Below are positions 48,145 to 57,220 of a stretch of 64,000 nucleotides of DNA, one piece after another. The stretch's first letter is position 1; each line of letters begins with the position of its first letter. Both the position numbers and the translations under genes were made by a program. The stretch comes from a virus (Duplodnaviria > Caudoviricetes). The stretch lies in IMG/VR virus record IMGVR_UViG_3300011008_000999. The stretch is one strand, 5' to 3'. The notes below the pieces were generated by a model. It saw only the letters and a list, made by a program, of their open reading frames with translations, searched no databases and had not been told where the DNA came from.

Positions 48145-50374
48145 TGTTATCTTTCTCCTTTTTGATTATACTATTGAAGTTATCTTCATCAAACTGATCA
48201 TATACAGCTTCATCAGTTGTATCAATATCTTCGATCTCATCTTCAAGTGTAAGCACATATCCGATGGACTTAAGAATCTCAATAAACTGCATTGATAACT
48301 TCGGATTCTTAGGAAGAGTACGTTTCTCTTCAATATCAGTTACAAGCTTATGTGAACCAACATACTTAGTAATAGAACGAATACCAAGTTCCTTAAGAAT
48401 GTTAGGACAATCATTAGCTACAAGGTTAAGTTTCTCCATCTCACCAAAACGAAGAGTTCTAGTATAACCGTGATCAGCAGAAGAACAACTAACCTTTGTT
48501 GAAGCATGGTGATAAAGTCTCATGATATGGTTGATACCTACAGGAATGATGTTCTTAATTCCCTTGTACTCAATAATAGAGTTTTTAGAATAAGTAGCCA
48601 TCTGTTTCTTATACTTCTCAATCATAATTGAGATATAATCTTCACCATCAAACTTAATTCCTGATGCTCTGGCCCATGCTTCAAAGATCTGACCTAATGA
48701 ACCACGTCTCATAGTTGAGAAACCTGAGATAACAACTTCAAGAGGACCTGCTTCCATATTACCAACTTTCTTGGTAAGTCTAGGCATCTGATCATCAGGA
48801 AGAATAAGACCTACAGTACCTTTAGCACCATGAAGATTAGTGATTTTATCTCCAAGTCTGAAAGGAATTTCCCAAGTAATAAATACACGAACATTGTTTA
48901 CATCAACATCATCAATCTTAGAGATCTTAACGTTTTCATAACCAAGTAAAATCGCATAGTTCTTAGTAGGGAAAATCAACTGAAGCGTATCTATATCAAT
49001 TTCATTAGTGGAATTGTAGATCTTTTCAAGAGCAGTAAATACCTTGGACTTCTTGTTAAGATATAAGATTGTGCTGTCGTATGTTCTAAGTCTCTTTGCA
49101 AAAGATTCAGAAATAACGATTGAGTCAGCAGATGTATATCCTTCAAGATCAGTAAATCCAACTCTTGCTTCAATACGATGTGTAATATCATCGATCTCAT
49201 CTGCAAGAGGCACTGCCTGAGAAGTCATCTTCGCATTCATCATGATTCTCTTAGGTTTGTCGTTGTTACAGAAAGGTGACTCAGACAAACACGAAAGACG
49301 TTTAGTCTGAGGCATATCTACATATTCATACATATTATGCAGATTACCCTTATCATCAACAATCCAAAGAAGACCGTCTTTAACTACTACATTATCGAGC
49401 AACAGTCTCTGACGACCTGCAGCTTTAGATGTAACAGTCTTAAATGAATCGAAGAATCCATTTGTATCTTTGTATGTGAATGCAGGCTGGAAAGATCCGC
49501 CGCTATTATAGATATTTGCACAAGTTCTGAAGTTCTCAAGAGCGAAAATCTTACTTTCAGAACGAACGAGGCAACCTTCAAGGTGTTCACCAAGATCATT
49601 GTATCTCTTACTCTTACTTACAATGATTGTGTTTACTCCTAAGAGAATTCCTTTAGTAGGCTGTGCATATTTTCCAGATTTAAGAACTGCTTCCTCGAAG
49701 TATTCAAGTCTAGAAAACTTGTAGTTGAAAATACTATCTGAATCGAACATAGGAAGCTTTCTAAGAGCTTTAGTAAAGTTCTCAGTAGTTAACTTCTCAC
49801 CGATAGTAGTTTCAAGAAGCATCTTCGATCTCTTAGAAAGATGATTATTGAAGATCTCTTCAATGGTAGGCTCGAACTTGTACTCTTCTTTAGTAACTAC
49901 ACATTCGAATTTATCCTTACCAATATCGTATTTCCAACCTTCACCTCTAACAGTTTCGAAGTCAAGCTTACCTACACAACTGTAATAATCCTTTACTGCT
50001 GTAACACGAGTTACATAATGTGATCTATTAATGATCCAACAAAGGTCAATGGAAGGTGTAGGCATAGCACCAATAAGGTACTGCTTTCCATTGTAATCTC
50101 CTAATATGTCGATACACATATTATGGAAATTAAGTCTCAGCTTATAACTATTAGGTGTCTGTTTGTCGGCTTCTGCATTAAGAAGTCCTGTATTAAGATT
50201 TTTTGCCAGCTTACACGGCTCTGCGGTGTTCCAGTACTTTGCACAATCGGCATCAATCTGCGCCTGAATTGTAGCAAAGTCATCTTCTTCATTGATTGGA
50301 CTCACACCGAGAAACTTTTGATTTGCCTGTGTCCAATATACAAGCTCGTTTTGGTATAATTCCTGGATAATCAT
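48122..50374 (-). CDS. rpoB: RNA polymerase beta subunit (compact, 750 aa)
   Basis: PF..ND..RIMMNAKM..QAVPL, GYTSADSIVISE, GDKITNLHGAKG, MP, RFGEMEK. Confidence 0.9.
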   Translation of the reverse strand: MIIQELYQNELVYWTQANQKFLGVSPINEEDDFATIQAQIDADCAKYWNTAEPCKLAKNLNTGLLNAEADKQTPNSYKLRLNFHNMCIDILGDYNGKQYLIGAMPTPSIDLCWIINRSHYVTRVTAVKDYYSCVGKLDFETVRGEGWKYDIGKDKFECVVTKEEYKFEPTIEEIFNNHLSKRSKMLLETTIGEKLTTENFTKALRKLPMFDSDSIFNYKFSRLEYFEEAVLKSGKYAQPTKGILLGVNTIIVSKSKRYNDLGEHLEGCLVRSESKIFALENFRTCANIYNSGGSFQPAFTYKDTNGFFDSFKTVTSKAAGRQRLLLDNVVVKDGLLWIVDDKGNLHNMYEYVDMPQTKRLSCLSESPFCNNDKPKRIMMNAKMTSQAVPLADEIDDITHRIEARVGFTDLEGYTSADSIVISESFAKRLRTYDSTILYLNKKSKVFTALEKIYNSTNEIDIDTLQLIFPTKNYAILLGYENVKISKIDDVDVNNVRVFITWEIPFRLGDKITNLHGAKGTVGLILPDDQMPRLTKKVGNMEAGPLEVVISGFSTMRRGSLGQIFEAWARASGIKFDGEDYISIMIEKYKKQMATYSKNSIIEYKGIKNIIPVGINHIMRLYHHASTKVSCSSADHGYTRTLRFGEMEKLNLVANDCPNILKELGIRSITKYVGSHKLVTDIEEKRTLPKNPKLSMQFIEILKSIGYVLTLEDEIEDIDTTDEAVYDQFDEDNFNSIIKKEKDNNASESDD

Positions 50375-50408
50375 TAGCTAAATCCTTTCATAATATTTTA
50401 TATAGAAA

Positions 50409-51037
50409 GTGGATAATGGTGTCTCTTAATATTTTTTATATCTTACAATTTAACTTAATAATTACTGCTGATTTTCTGCAGCAGCCTGGCGCTCCGCCTC
50501 ACACTGACGAACAATCGCGTTAACCATGTGAGGAAGATAACCATTTACTGCGTCATGAGTAAAGATCATAAGTGAGCGGAACTTATCGATAGTCATACCA
50601 ACACCGATCTTAAGATCTGGCGAACCATCAGGAGCAATTGCTCCAGTTTCAGTAATCTTACCTTTTCCGCGAGACATATTGATGAAGATCTTGTCCCCAG
50701 ATCTGCCCAAAGAGAAGATGCGTGATTCCGGTGCACCATTATAATTCTTAGAACTCTTTGAACCACCCATAGAGATAGTCTTCTGACCAGCTTCCAACTC
50801 TTTAATAAGACGTCCACTAGCTGCATCTGTTGCGAGCAATGCTACCTCTTCAAAATCGAGATAACAATCAATGGACGTCTTATCTGTGTAGTTTGCATTC
50901 TGAAAACGCACCTTTTCGATTCCGAATGCATCATAATATACATTTGTAACTACCTTATTGGTACTAGCCTTGGTGATTTTAGATTTTTCAAATTTATCAT
51001 TACGATTCATATTTTCTCCTTAATCACCATTATCCAC
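50409..51037. repeat. 13-bp perfect inverted repeat flanking one gene
   Basis: GTGGATAATGGTG (50409-50421) and CACCATTATCCAC (51025-51037). Confidence 0.75.
50462..51010 (-). CDS. hypothetical protein
   Basis: 182 aa, AAGGAG RBS, first gene downstream of the promoter preceding the RNAP genes. Confidence 0.75.
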   Translation of the reverse strand: MNRNDKFEKSKITKASTNKVVTNVYYDAFGIEKVRFQNANYTDKTSIDCYLDFEEVALLATDAASGRLIKELEAGQKTISMGGSKSSKNYNGAPESRIFSLGRSGDKIFINMSRGKGKITETGAIAPDGSPDLKIGVGMTIDKFRSLMIFTHDAVNGYLPHMVNAIVRQCEAERQAAAENQQ

Positions 51038-51049
51038 CACTATATTACT

Positions 51050-51083
51050 ATTATATACTGTTTATCTAAATTTGTAAATAGTT
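51050..51083 (-). promoter_or_regulatory. conserved sigmaA-like promoter upstream of the RNAP cluster
   Basis: AACTATTTACA-N17-TATAAT. Confidence 0.85.
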
Positions 51084-51102
51084 TCTTGTTCAAAAAGAAT
51101 AA

Positions 51103-51141
51103 AAATTTGCCAGAGTTAATTACTTAACCCTAGCAAACTTT
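51103..51141 (-). terminator. intrinsic terminator
   Basis: TTTGCTAGGGTTAA...TTAACTCTGGCAAA then TTTTT on the minus strand. Confidence 0.65.
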
Positions 51142-51144
51142 ATA

Positions 51145-52125
51145 TTAATCTACAACTGTGAAATTAGAATCAGGATGATTCTCTAAGTACTCAGCAAAAG
51201 CTGATTTTGTACTAATATGAAGTGTAACTGTATTACAATCTTTAAATAAAGTACTATATGCATCAACTTCTTCTCCAGAATTATCACTAGTTTCAACTAC
51301 TGTTGCATCAAAATCCTTGTTAGCATAGAAATCTGTAAGTGCTGTACACTCTCTACACATTTCCTGATTTACAGATTCTACATTATTTATATCTAGATTA
51401 GTAAGATTAGCACATCTAAAGAATACAATTGAACCAAGTGTTTTGCAAGTATCTGGAAGCTTAACTTCAGTTACACCTGCTGCAAAGAACGCTGCGTCTC
51501 CAATACTTTCTACCTTAGTCCAAGTAAGATTATTGAGTCTTACACAACCTTGGAAAGCATAACTCTTAATCTCAGTTACATTATTGAAATCAACTGAAGT
51601 GATTGAAGAACATCCAGAGAATGCACCATTACCAATAGAAGTAATACCATCAGGAATAGTAATAACTCCCTTTTCACTACCAAAAGTAGTAAGTCGTGTA
51701 CATCCATTGAACATATTATCAGGGATCTCAGTAAATGTGGTAGGGAAGTTCAAAATTTCCTCAACTCTAGAATTTGCAAAAGATACATTCTCGAGAACTA
51801 CATCTGTATTCATAAAGTATACTGTATGAAGTAAAGATTCTGCAGGAACATATACATTTGAAATCTTAGTTACGTTCTCAGGAAAGATAAGATCCATTGC
51901 TGCTCTACCATTTTCAGATAAACCGATGATCTCAGTCTTATTTTCATTTCGATAAATGAAATCACCATCAGTTACTGGACTATCCTGCTCTTCAGCCTGT
52001 GCAATTACTTTCTCAGTTGGAGTAGGAGTAATATCTGTAGACTGCTCTACTTTTTCCTTTCCACATGCGGCTAACATAGTTGTCATTGCAACAAGACAAA
52101 TTGTTACTAGTGTTCTTTTCTTCAT
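51145..52125 (-). CDS. BspA-type leucine-rich-repeat lipoprotein
   Basis: MLAAC lipobox; repeats of IPDGITSIGNGAFSGC type. Confidence 0.9.
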   Translation of the reverse strand: MKKRTLVTICLVAMTTMLAACGKEKVEQSTDITPTPTEKVIAQAEEQDSPVTDGDFIYRNENKTEIIGLSENGRAAMDLIFPENVTKISNVYVPAESLLHTVYFMNTDVVLENVSFANSRVEEILNFPTTFTEIPDNMFNGCTRLTTFGSEKGVITIPDGITSIGNGAFSGCSSITSVDFNNVTEIKSYAFQGCVRLNNLTWTKVESIGDAAFFAAGVTEVKLPDTCKTLGSIVFFRCANLTNLDINNVESVNQEMCRECTALTDFYANKDFDATVVETSDNSGEEVDAYSTLFKDCNTVTLHISTKSAFAEYLENHPDSNFTVVD

Positions 52126-52146
52126 TTTATAATTTCCTTTCTTTAT

Positions 52147-53160
52147 TTAGACACCAAACTTACGCTTAATGCTGTCTACATCAAATGAAATATTTTTCTC
52201 TTTCTTAATCTGAGCTTTTGCTATTTCTGTAAGCATCTTAAGCGAAAGAGTGTTATCTTTACCTTTAACCCATTCATGTAAGATTTTATTAAGTTCACTT
52301 ATATGAATAAGTTTAGTATTACTTTCATACCACTCATCTGTACGAATAATGTCTACTGGCATATCACCAACTATACATACATAACCATCAATAGAATCCA
52401 ATTGAATTCCATTCGACTTCATTACTTCTTGCCAAATATGAGTAGATGGATGAACTTCAATGATCTCTTTACCTTTATCTGCATCAACTACACACCCATT
52501 CATGAGCATTAATGACTGACCTTGTTTGATCTTAAGATTCTTAGCATCTACTACTAAAAGATTATTTCCATATACTAATAGAGTATCAGTATCAGGTATA
52601 TAGTCTTTTTCTGATTGTTTAGGTGGTTCATCTACACTTATTGAATAATCTCTAATAACTTCACTTGCAGGACTACTTTCAATAAGTAGTTCATTACCAA
52701 AATAATCATTTGCACTTACATGAATAATCATTCCATTTGAGTATTTCAGTAATACTTCATCACCATTTTGTTCTGTATTAGCTAAAGTTGCATTTTCAAG
52801 TGAATTAACAAATTTTGCTCTTTCTTTGTCTTCGAACCTATATGCAAGACTAGCAAATGCTACTAATCCGTTAAGTTCATCATCGTATTTAACTAGTCTA
52901 GTTAAAAATTCACAAAGATCTTCTTCACCTTTAATGCCGGCTTTTGTTTTAGATATTTGACCTTCAAGTTCAGGATCTTTCATTTCCCAATCAGTTTTGC
53001 CAAATTCTCTACTATCTCGTTTTTCTTCTAATTGTGCTAAGGTTTGTCTTAAACCTTCACCAGGATCTCCAATTACTCTATTACCAGCAACTAGATAGTT
53101 ACGTACGTTAATAGCTAATTGTTTATCCTCAGGTCTTATACCATCCTGATTTAGTTTCAT
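52147..53160 (-). CDS. NERD-like PD-(D/E)XK nuclease domain protein
   Basis: GIKGEE...PDTDTLLVYGNNLLVVDAKN. Confidence 0.6.
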   Translation of the reverse strand: MKLNQDGIRPEDKQLAINVRNYLVAGNRVIGDPGEGLRQTLAQLEEKRDSREFGKTDWEMKDPELEGQISKTKAGIKGEEDLCEFLTRLVKYDDELNGLVAFASLAYRFEDKERAKFVNSLENATLANTEQNGDEVLLKYSNGMIIHVSANDYFGNELLIESSPASEVIRDYSISVDEPPKQSEKDYIPDTDTLLVYGNNLLVVDAKNLKIKQGQSLMLMNGCVVDADKGKEIIEVHPSTHIWQEVMKSNGIQLDSIDGYVCIVGDMPVDIIRTDEWYESNTKLIHISELNKILHEWVKGKDNTLSLKMLTEIAKAQIKKEKNISFDVDSIKRKFGV

Positions 53161-53173
53161 ACTTAACCTCCAA

Positions 53174-53617
53174 TTATAATATCTGACAAGCTATTTGCTC
53201 AATATTTTTTATTATATCTTCTAAATAATCATTGCGTGTTTTTAATTCTCTAATCTGTTGTTCGAGCATAGCTATTTTTGTATTATCGCTACATTCAATA
53301 TACGATTTATTACAAACTTTTCTATTTAGATCATTTTTAATTTCTGTATCAGATTTACTTTTTATTATATCCACAACAGAATTGTGTTCTGAATATAATA
53401 AGTCATTTTCACTACATTGTAAATAATTGCATAATAGACTTAATTTTTGCCTATCTATAATACCAGTTTTTATTACACTATCTATATATGGTTTACGTTC
53501 TCCAATTGCATGTGCTATTGATGTTAACGTTAACTTATATACATACGCATAATATTTAATAACATGTATATTGATAGCAACTATATCTTTAGTTAAATCT
53601 GAATTATGTTTTGTCAT
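53174..53617 (-). CDS. Cro/CI-like HTH protein with coiled-coil tail
   Basis: LTLTSIAHAIG..KPYI...KTG...LCNYL; C-terminal heptads. Confidence 0.6.
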   Translation of the reverse strand: MTKHNSDLTKDIVAINIHVIKYYAYVYKLTLTSIAHAIGERKPYIDSVIKTGIIDRQKLSLLCNYLQCSENDLLYSEHNSVVDIIKSKSDTEIKNDLNRKVCNKSYIECSDNTKIAMLEQQIRELKTRNDYLEDIIKNIEQIACQIL

Positions 53618-53639
53618 TATTATTTTTTCTTATACTTAC

Positions 53640-53683
53640 AAACAAGAATGCAATTGATCTAAATCAACTACATTCTTTTGCTT
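53640..53683 (-). terminator. terminator-like hairpin
   Basis: AAGAATGTAGTTGAT...ATCAATTGCATTCTT then GTTT. Confidence 0.55.
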
Positions 53684-53714
53684 CTATAAACTTATAGAAT
53701 TAAATAGCACTTCG

Positions 53715-54485
53715 TTAGCTATTCTTCGATGTAAGTTCATTGAGCTTAAGTTGTAGCTGACTAATCTGACTAAATGCAGAATCCATAAGATTAAGAAGAT
53801 CACTAAGCTGATTATTAAGATCATCAAACTCTTCTTTATCAATAAGAAGCTTTACATGAGATTTACCTTCAGCATCAGTTATCACTAACTGAGAATAACC
53901 AACAGGAGTAACTTCTTTCTTTGCTACTTTAGGTTCGATCTCAGGCTTAAGTTCTTTCGTTTCTTCTTTAATTTTAGGCTTAACTGAAACTTTTGTTTTA
54001 GGTTTATCTGTCTTAGGCTTCGGTGTATATTCATATTTAATGAACTTAGACTTACCGACACGAAGAATTTCACACATTTTGTTAAAAGATTCTTCGTTCA
54101 TTTTACCAGTCTTTACACATGAACCTACGTAATTATAAGTATAACCCATCTTAGTACTTAATGAATCCATAGAGAGTCTAATCTCTTTAAGATACTTTTT
54201 AAGGGCGGTACCTTTGATCTTTACTGTATTACCAATAGATACTTTAGTGCCTGTATGATACATATTCTTTTCATCATCAACAGTAAGAATATTATCATCT
54301 GTACCAAGTAAATTACACATAGTCTTGTAAGCATCAGCAGACATCTTGCCGTTCTGCAAACAATTGTAAATGTAACCATCAGAATAACCAAGAAGCTTGG
54401 ATAAAGAAGACATATTATATCCATTAAGCTCCATGTATTCTTTTACCTTAGTGGTGTCTATATTAACGTACGTATAGGTTTCCAC
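53715..54485 (-). CDS. double Cro/CI-like HTH protein
   Basis: two repeats of MxSLS..MG(Y)...Y...C...GKM......MC..L. Confidence 0.7.
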   Translation of the reverse strand: METYTYVNIDTTKVKEYMELNGYNMSSLSKLLGYSDGYIYNCLQNGKMSADAYKTMCNLLGTDDNILTVDDEKNMYHTGTKVSIGNTVKIKGTALKKYLKEIRLSMDSLSTKMGYTYNYVGSCVKTGKMNEESFNKMCEILRVGKSKFIKYEYTPKPKTDKPKTKVSVKPKIKEETKELKPEIEPKVAKKEVTPVGYSQLVITDAEGKSHVKLLIDKEEFDDLNNQLSDLLNLMDSAFSQISQLQLKLNELTSKNS

Positions 54486-54502
54486 TAATTATCCCTCCTT
54501 TT

Positions 54503-55615
54503 CTATTGAGTCTCACGACTAATATATTCGAGTATCTCTGTTGACATTTTAAGACCATCAACAAGTCTATTAAATTTATCTTCTTCGACAAGAACATAAT
54601 TCTTTCTGTCGATTGAGATCTTAACTAAATCAATCTGTGCAGGAACTATTTCATTAAAGAGGGGAATAATAGTCTTTGCTGATTCACTAAGATTTACTCC
54701 AGAATGATTATTCTTGTCACTTTCGGATGACATATTAAGTACTTTATTATCATCTGTTTTGGTATTCTTTGGTGACATTCTGGGAACTTCTGGAGTATCA
54801 TCAATTACAGCATTTTCATTAATACTACTAAGCTGAATAATATAGTTTTCTACTTTATTATTAAGACGCTTTCCGTTAGACAAACAGTATGATACATAAG
54901 TGGGACCCATTCCACATTCAATAGAAATATCTTTAGAAGTCTTTCCTGTTTTCTTAATTAGATCTTTCATCTTAGCTTTATAATCAGCATCGCTAAGAAT
55001 ATTTTTATCTTCAGTCTCTGGAACAGTTATAACAGGTACAGAATCGATCTTCTTTACTACCACTGGTCTTACATCATTAAGTACTTTCATAAGTTCATTA
55101 TAAAATGACTCATGCATTCTACCAGTCTGCATACAAGAATTGATATAACCTGCACTCTTACCATGGTTAATACAAAACTCTGCTCTCTTAATATTAGACG
55201 CCTTTAACTTAGCCTGAAGTTCTACCTTATCAAATTCAACTATACCAATAACTTCTCTTTTTCTTCCTGATTTTGTTTTAGGTTGATTTTCTTCATTATA
55301 TTTAGGAACATTGATTTTTGTAGCAGTCAGAACATGCTCAACATCCTGTGTGTTATTTTCATGATTCTGCGCAAATACATATTTACCATCAGTAGAGAAT
55401 GTAGGATATAATACTCTAAAGAAATCACATAACATGATATATGTAGCCTTAGGCATTTTCTTCTCTGCTAAACACTTATCAATAAAACCTTCTTCTTTAA
55501 AGACAACTTTAGACTCAATATAATTATTATTAAGTCCAGCTGCAATTATAGTCGCCTTAATTACATTTACATCAAGATTTACTAAATACTCACATTTTTC
55601 TTTTCCCATAATCAA
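54503..55615 (-). CDS. triple Cro/CI-like HTH protein
   Basis: three degenerate repeats of the same HTH unit. Confidence 0.6.
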   Translation of the reverse strand: MIMGKEKCEYLVNLDVNVIKATIIAAGLNNNYIESKVVFKEEGFIDKCLAEKKMPKATYIMLCDFFRVLYPTFSTDGKYVFAQNHENNTQDVEHVLTATKINVPKYNEENQPKTKSGRKREVIGIVEFDKVELQAKLKASNIKRAEFCINHGKSAGYINSCMQTGRMHESFYNELMKVLNDVRPVVVKKIDSVPVITVPETEDKNILSDADYKAKMKDLIKKTGKTSKDISIECGMGPTYVSYCLSNGKRLNNKVENYIIQLSSINENAVIDDTPEVPRMSPKNTKTDDNKVLNMSSESDKNNHSGVNLSESAKTIIPLFNEIVPAQIDLVKISIDRKNYVLVEEDKFNRLVDGLKMSTEILEYISRETQ

Positions 55616-55666
55616 TGTCCTTTTATAAAAATAAATATAAACGCTACAATAAACAGAGGCTAAGTC

Positions 55667-57154
55667 TTATGACTTAGTCTCTGCATAAAACATTTTTCTA
55701 AGAGTTACTGCATCTCTAGGAAGTAAGTCTCTCTTTTCAGCAGTATTCTCATTATAGAGCTTCTTACAAAATTCATAGAACTTAAGCGCAAGCTCATCTT
55801 CAATAAGGTCTTCTCTCTTGTACTTTCCATACTTAAGAGTTCCCTGCGCAATAGATCTCATAAACTTCCAGAATTTATAGAATGCAAGCTTAACCTTAAC
55901 CATATAACCATCAGCAGCTTCTACTACAAATCCTTCGATCTGACGACCTTCGTATAAGTAATCATTTGCAGTAACAGTTTTGTACCAATCTACAAATTCT
56001 TCGTAAGTATCAATTACACACGCCTTAGTCTTATACTTAAGACCAAGATCCTTTGCTATATCTACAAGCTGCTCATAAGGAAGCTGTTCAAAGTCCATCT
56101 TATTCTTAATAATTGCTATCAAGAAAAGCTGATTTTCAGCATAATCAATAATGTGAGGATCATTCTTCATATCTACATTTTCAAAGACAAAAGTAACATT
56201 CTCATTTTTAGAGAAGTTTTTCATCTTTTCAATGTTTTCAGAAGTCATATTTCTCTCAATTGCTTCTCTTAACCATACTGAGAAATCACCTTCAGGTGAA
56301 GACTTAGTAGTAACAAAAAGATCATCAGTCTCTTCATTATATGAAGCAAGACCAAGATAACCATTTTCCTTTACATAGCAAGTTACAGGAAACTTCATAG
56401 TCTTAAGGTTACCAAGCTGAGTAGATTCCATTTCACCGATATTAAAGAACTTATTAAAACCACGCGCAACGATCTTACCTAACTTAGTGTTAATGTAAAG
56501 ACCTCTTGCAACTATAGTCTGATTATCCCATACACCAGAATAGAAAGCTTCTCTAGTAAAGTTAAATGATGAGATATTTCCATAAGACTTTTCAGCCACA
56601 CAAGGATTAGATCTCATATTGTCAATAACTTCATCTATATCATCAAGCTTTACTTCTGATTTAACAGTAGAAATCTTATCAAATTCTTCAGGCTTAATAA
56701 CCTTTACATATGAAGGAACTTCACACTGTTCAAAGTTATGATACATTCTATCAATAACTTCTTCAGGAACACGTCTAAATGCTTCACGAGATGCATTTCT
56801 TCTCTTGCACTCTTCAATAGGAAGATCAGTGAAATCAATCACAAATGCATGATAATTGTATCTCTCAACAAGTGACTTATAAGAGTTAATTTCTCTAGTA
56901 GTTGAGTGAGTTGCGTCTATAATAGTATAAAGACCAAATGACATACGAAGTTCAAGTAACTGATTAAGATACTTGAATACCTTGCCATTATATTCCTGAG
57001 AAATTTCAGATACTTCAGTAGAACCTGAATAAGAGTACATAAACTGAAGTCTAAGATCATCAGTTGAAATGGTATAAGGTTCTAACTTGTTGTTCTTTAT
57101 GAAAGTTGATTTTCCGCAACCAGGTGCACCACGAAGAATTATTAATGATCTCAT
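55667..57154 (-). CDS. polynucleotide kinase-RNA ligase (Rnl1-like) fusion
   Basis: GAPGCGKS, STDDLR, IDATH, RN..R..VP; ARGL, KFFN, KENG, FE, EGFV, KVK. Confidence 0.88.
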   Translation of the reverse strand: MRSLIILRGAPGCGKSTFIKNNKLEPYTISTDDLRLQFMYSYSGSTEVSEISQEYNGKVFKYLNQLLELRMSFGLYTIIDATHSTTREINSYKSLVERYNYHAFVIDFTDLPIEECKRRNASREAFRRVPEEVIDRMYHNFEQCEVPSYVKVIKPEEFDKISTVKSEVKLDDIDEVIDNMRSNPCVAEKSYGNISSFNFTREAFYSGVWDNQTIVARGLYINTKLGKIVARGFNKFFNIGEMESTQLGNLKTMKFPVTCYVKENGYLGLASYNEETDDLFVTTKSSPEGDFSVWLREAIERNMTSENIEKMKNFSKNENVTFVFENVDMKNDPHIIDYAENQLFLIAIIKNKMDFEQLPYEQLVDIAKDLGLKYKTKACVIDTYEEFVDWYKTVTANDYLYEGRQIEGFVVEAADGYMVKVKLAFYKFWKFMRSIAQGTLKYGKYKREDLIEDELALKFYEFCKKLYNENTAEKRDLLPRDAVTLRKMFYAETKS

Positions 57155-57185
57155 AATTAAGTATCTCCTTAAATATTATGAGTTT

Positions 57186-57219
57186 ATTATAACATGATTA
57201 GTTTTATTTGTAAATAGTT
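57186..57219 (-). promoter_or_regulatory. conserved sigmaA-like promoter
   Basis: AACTATTTACA-N17-TATAAT. Confidence 0.85.
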
Positions 57220-57220
57220 T

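Noticed and set aside
45499-50374. Ordinary bacterial rpoBC locus of a host chromosome
   Set aside because: The subunits are about half normal size and highly divergent, and lack the usual ribosomal-protein neighbours.
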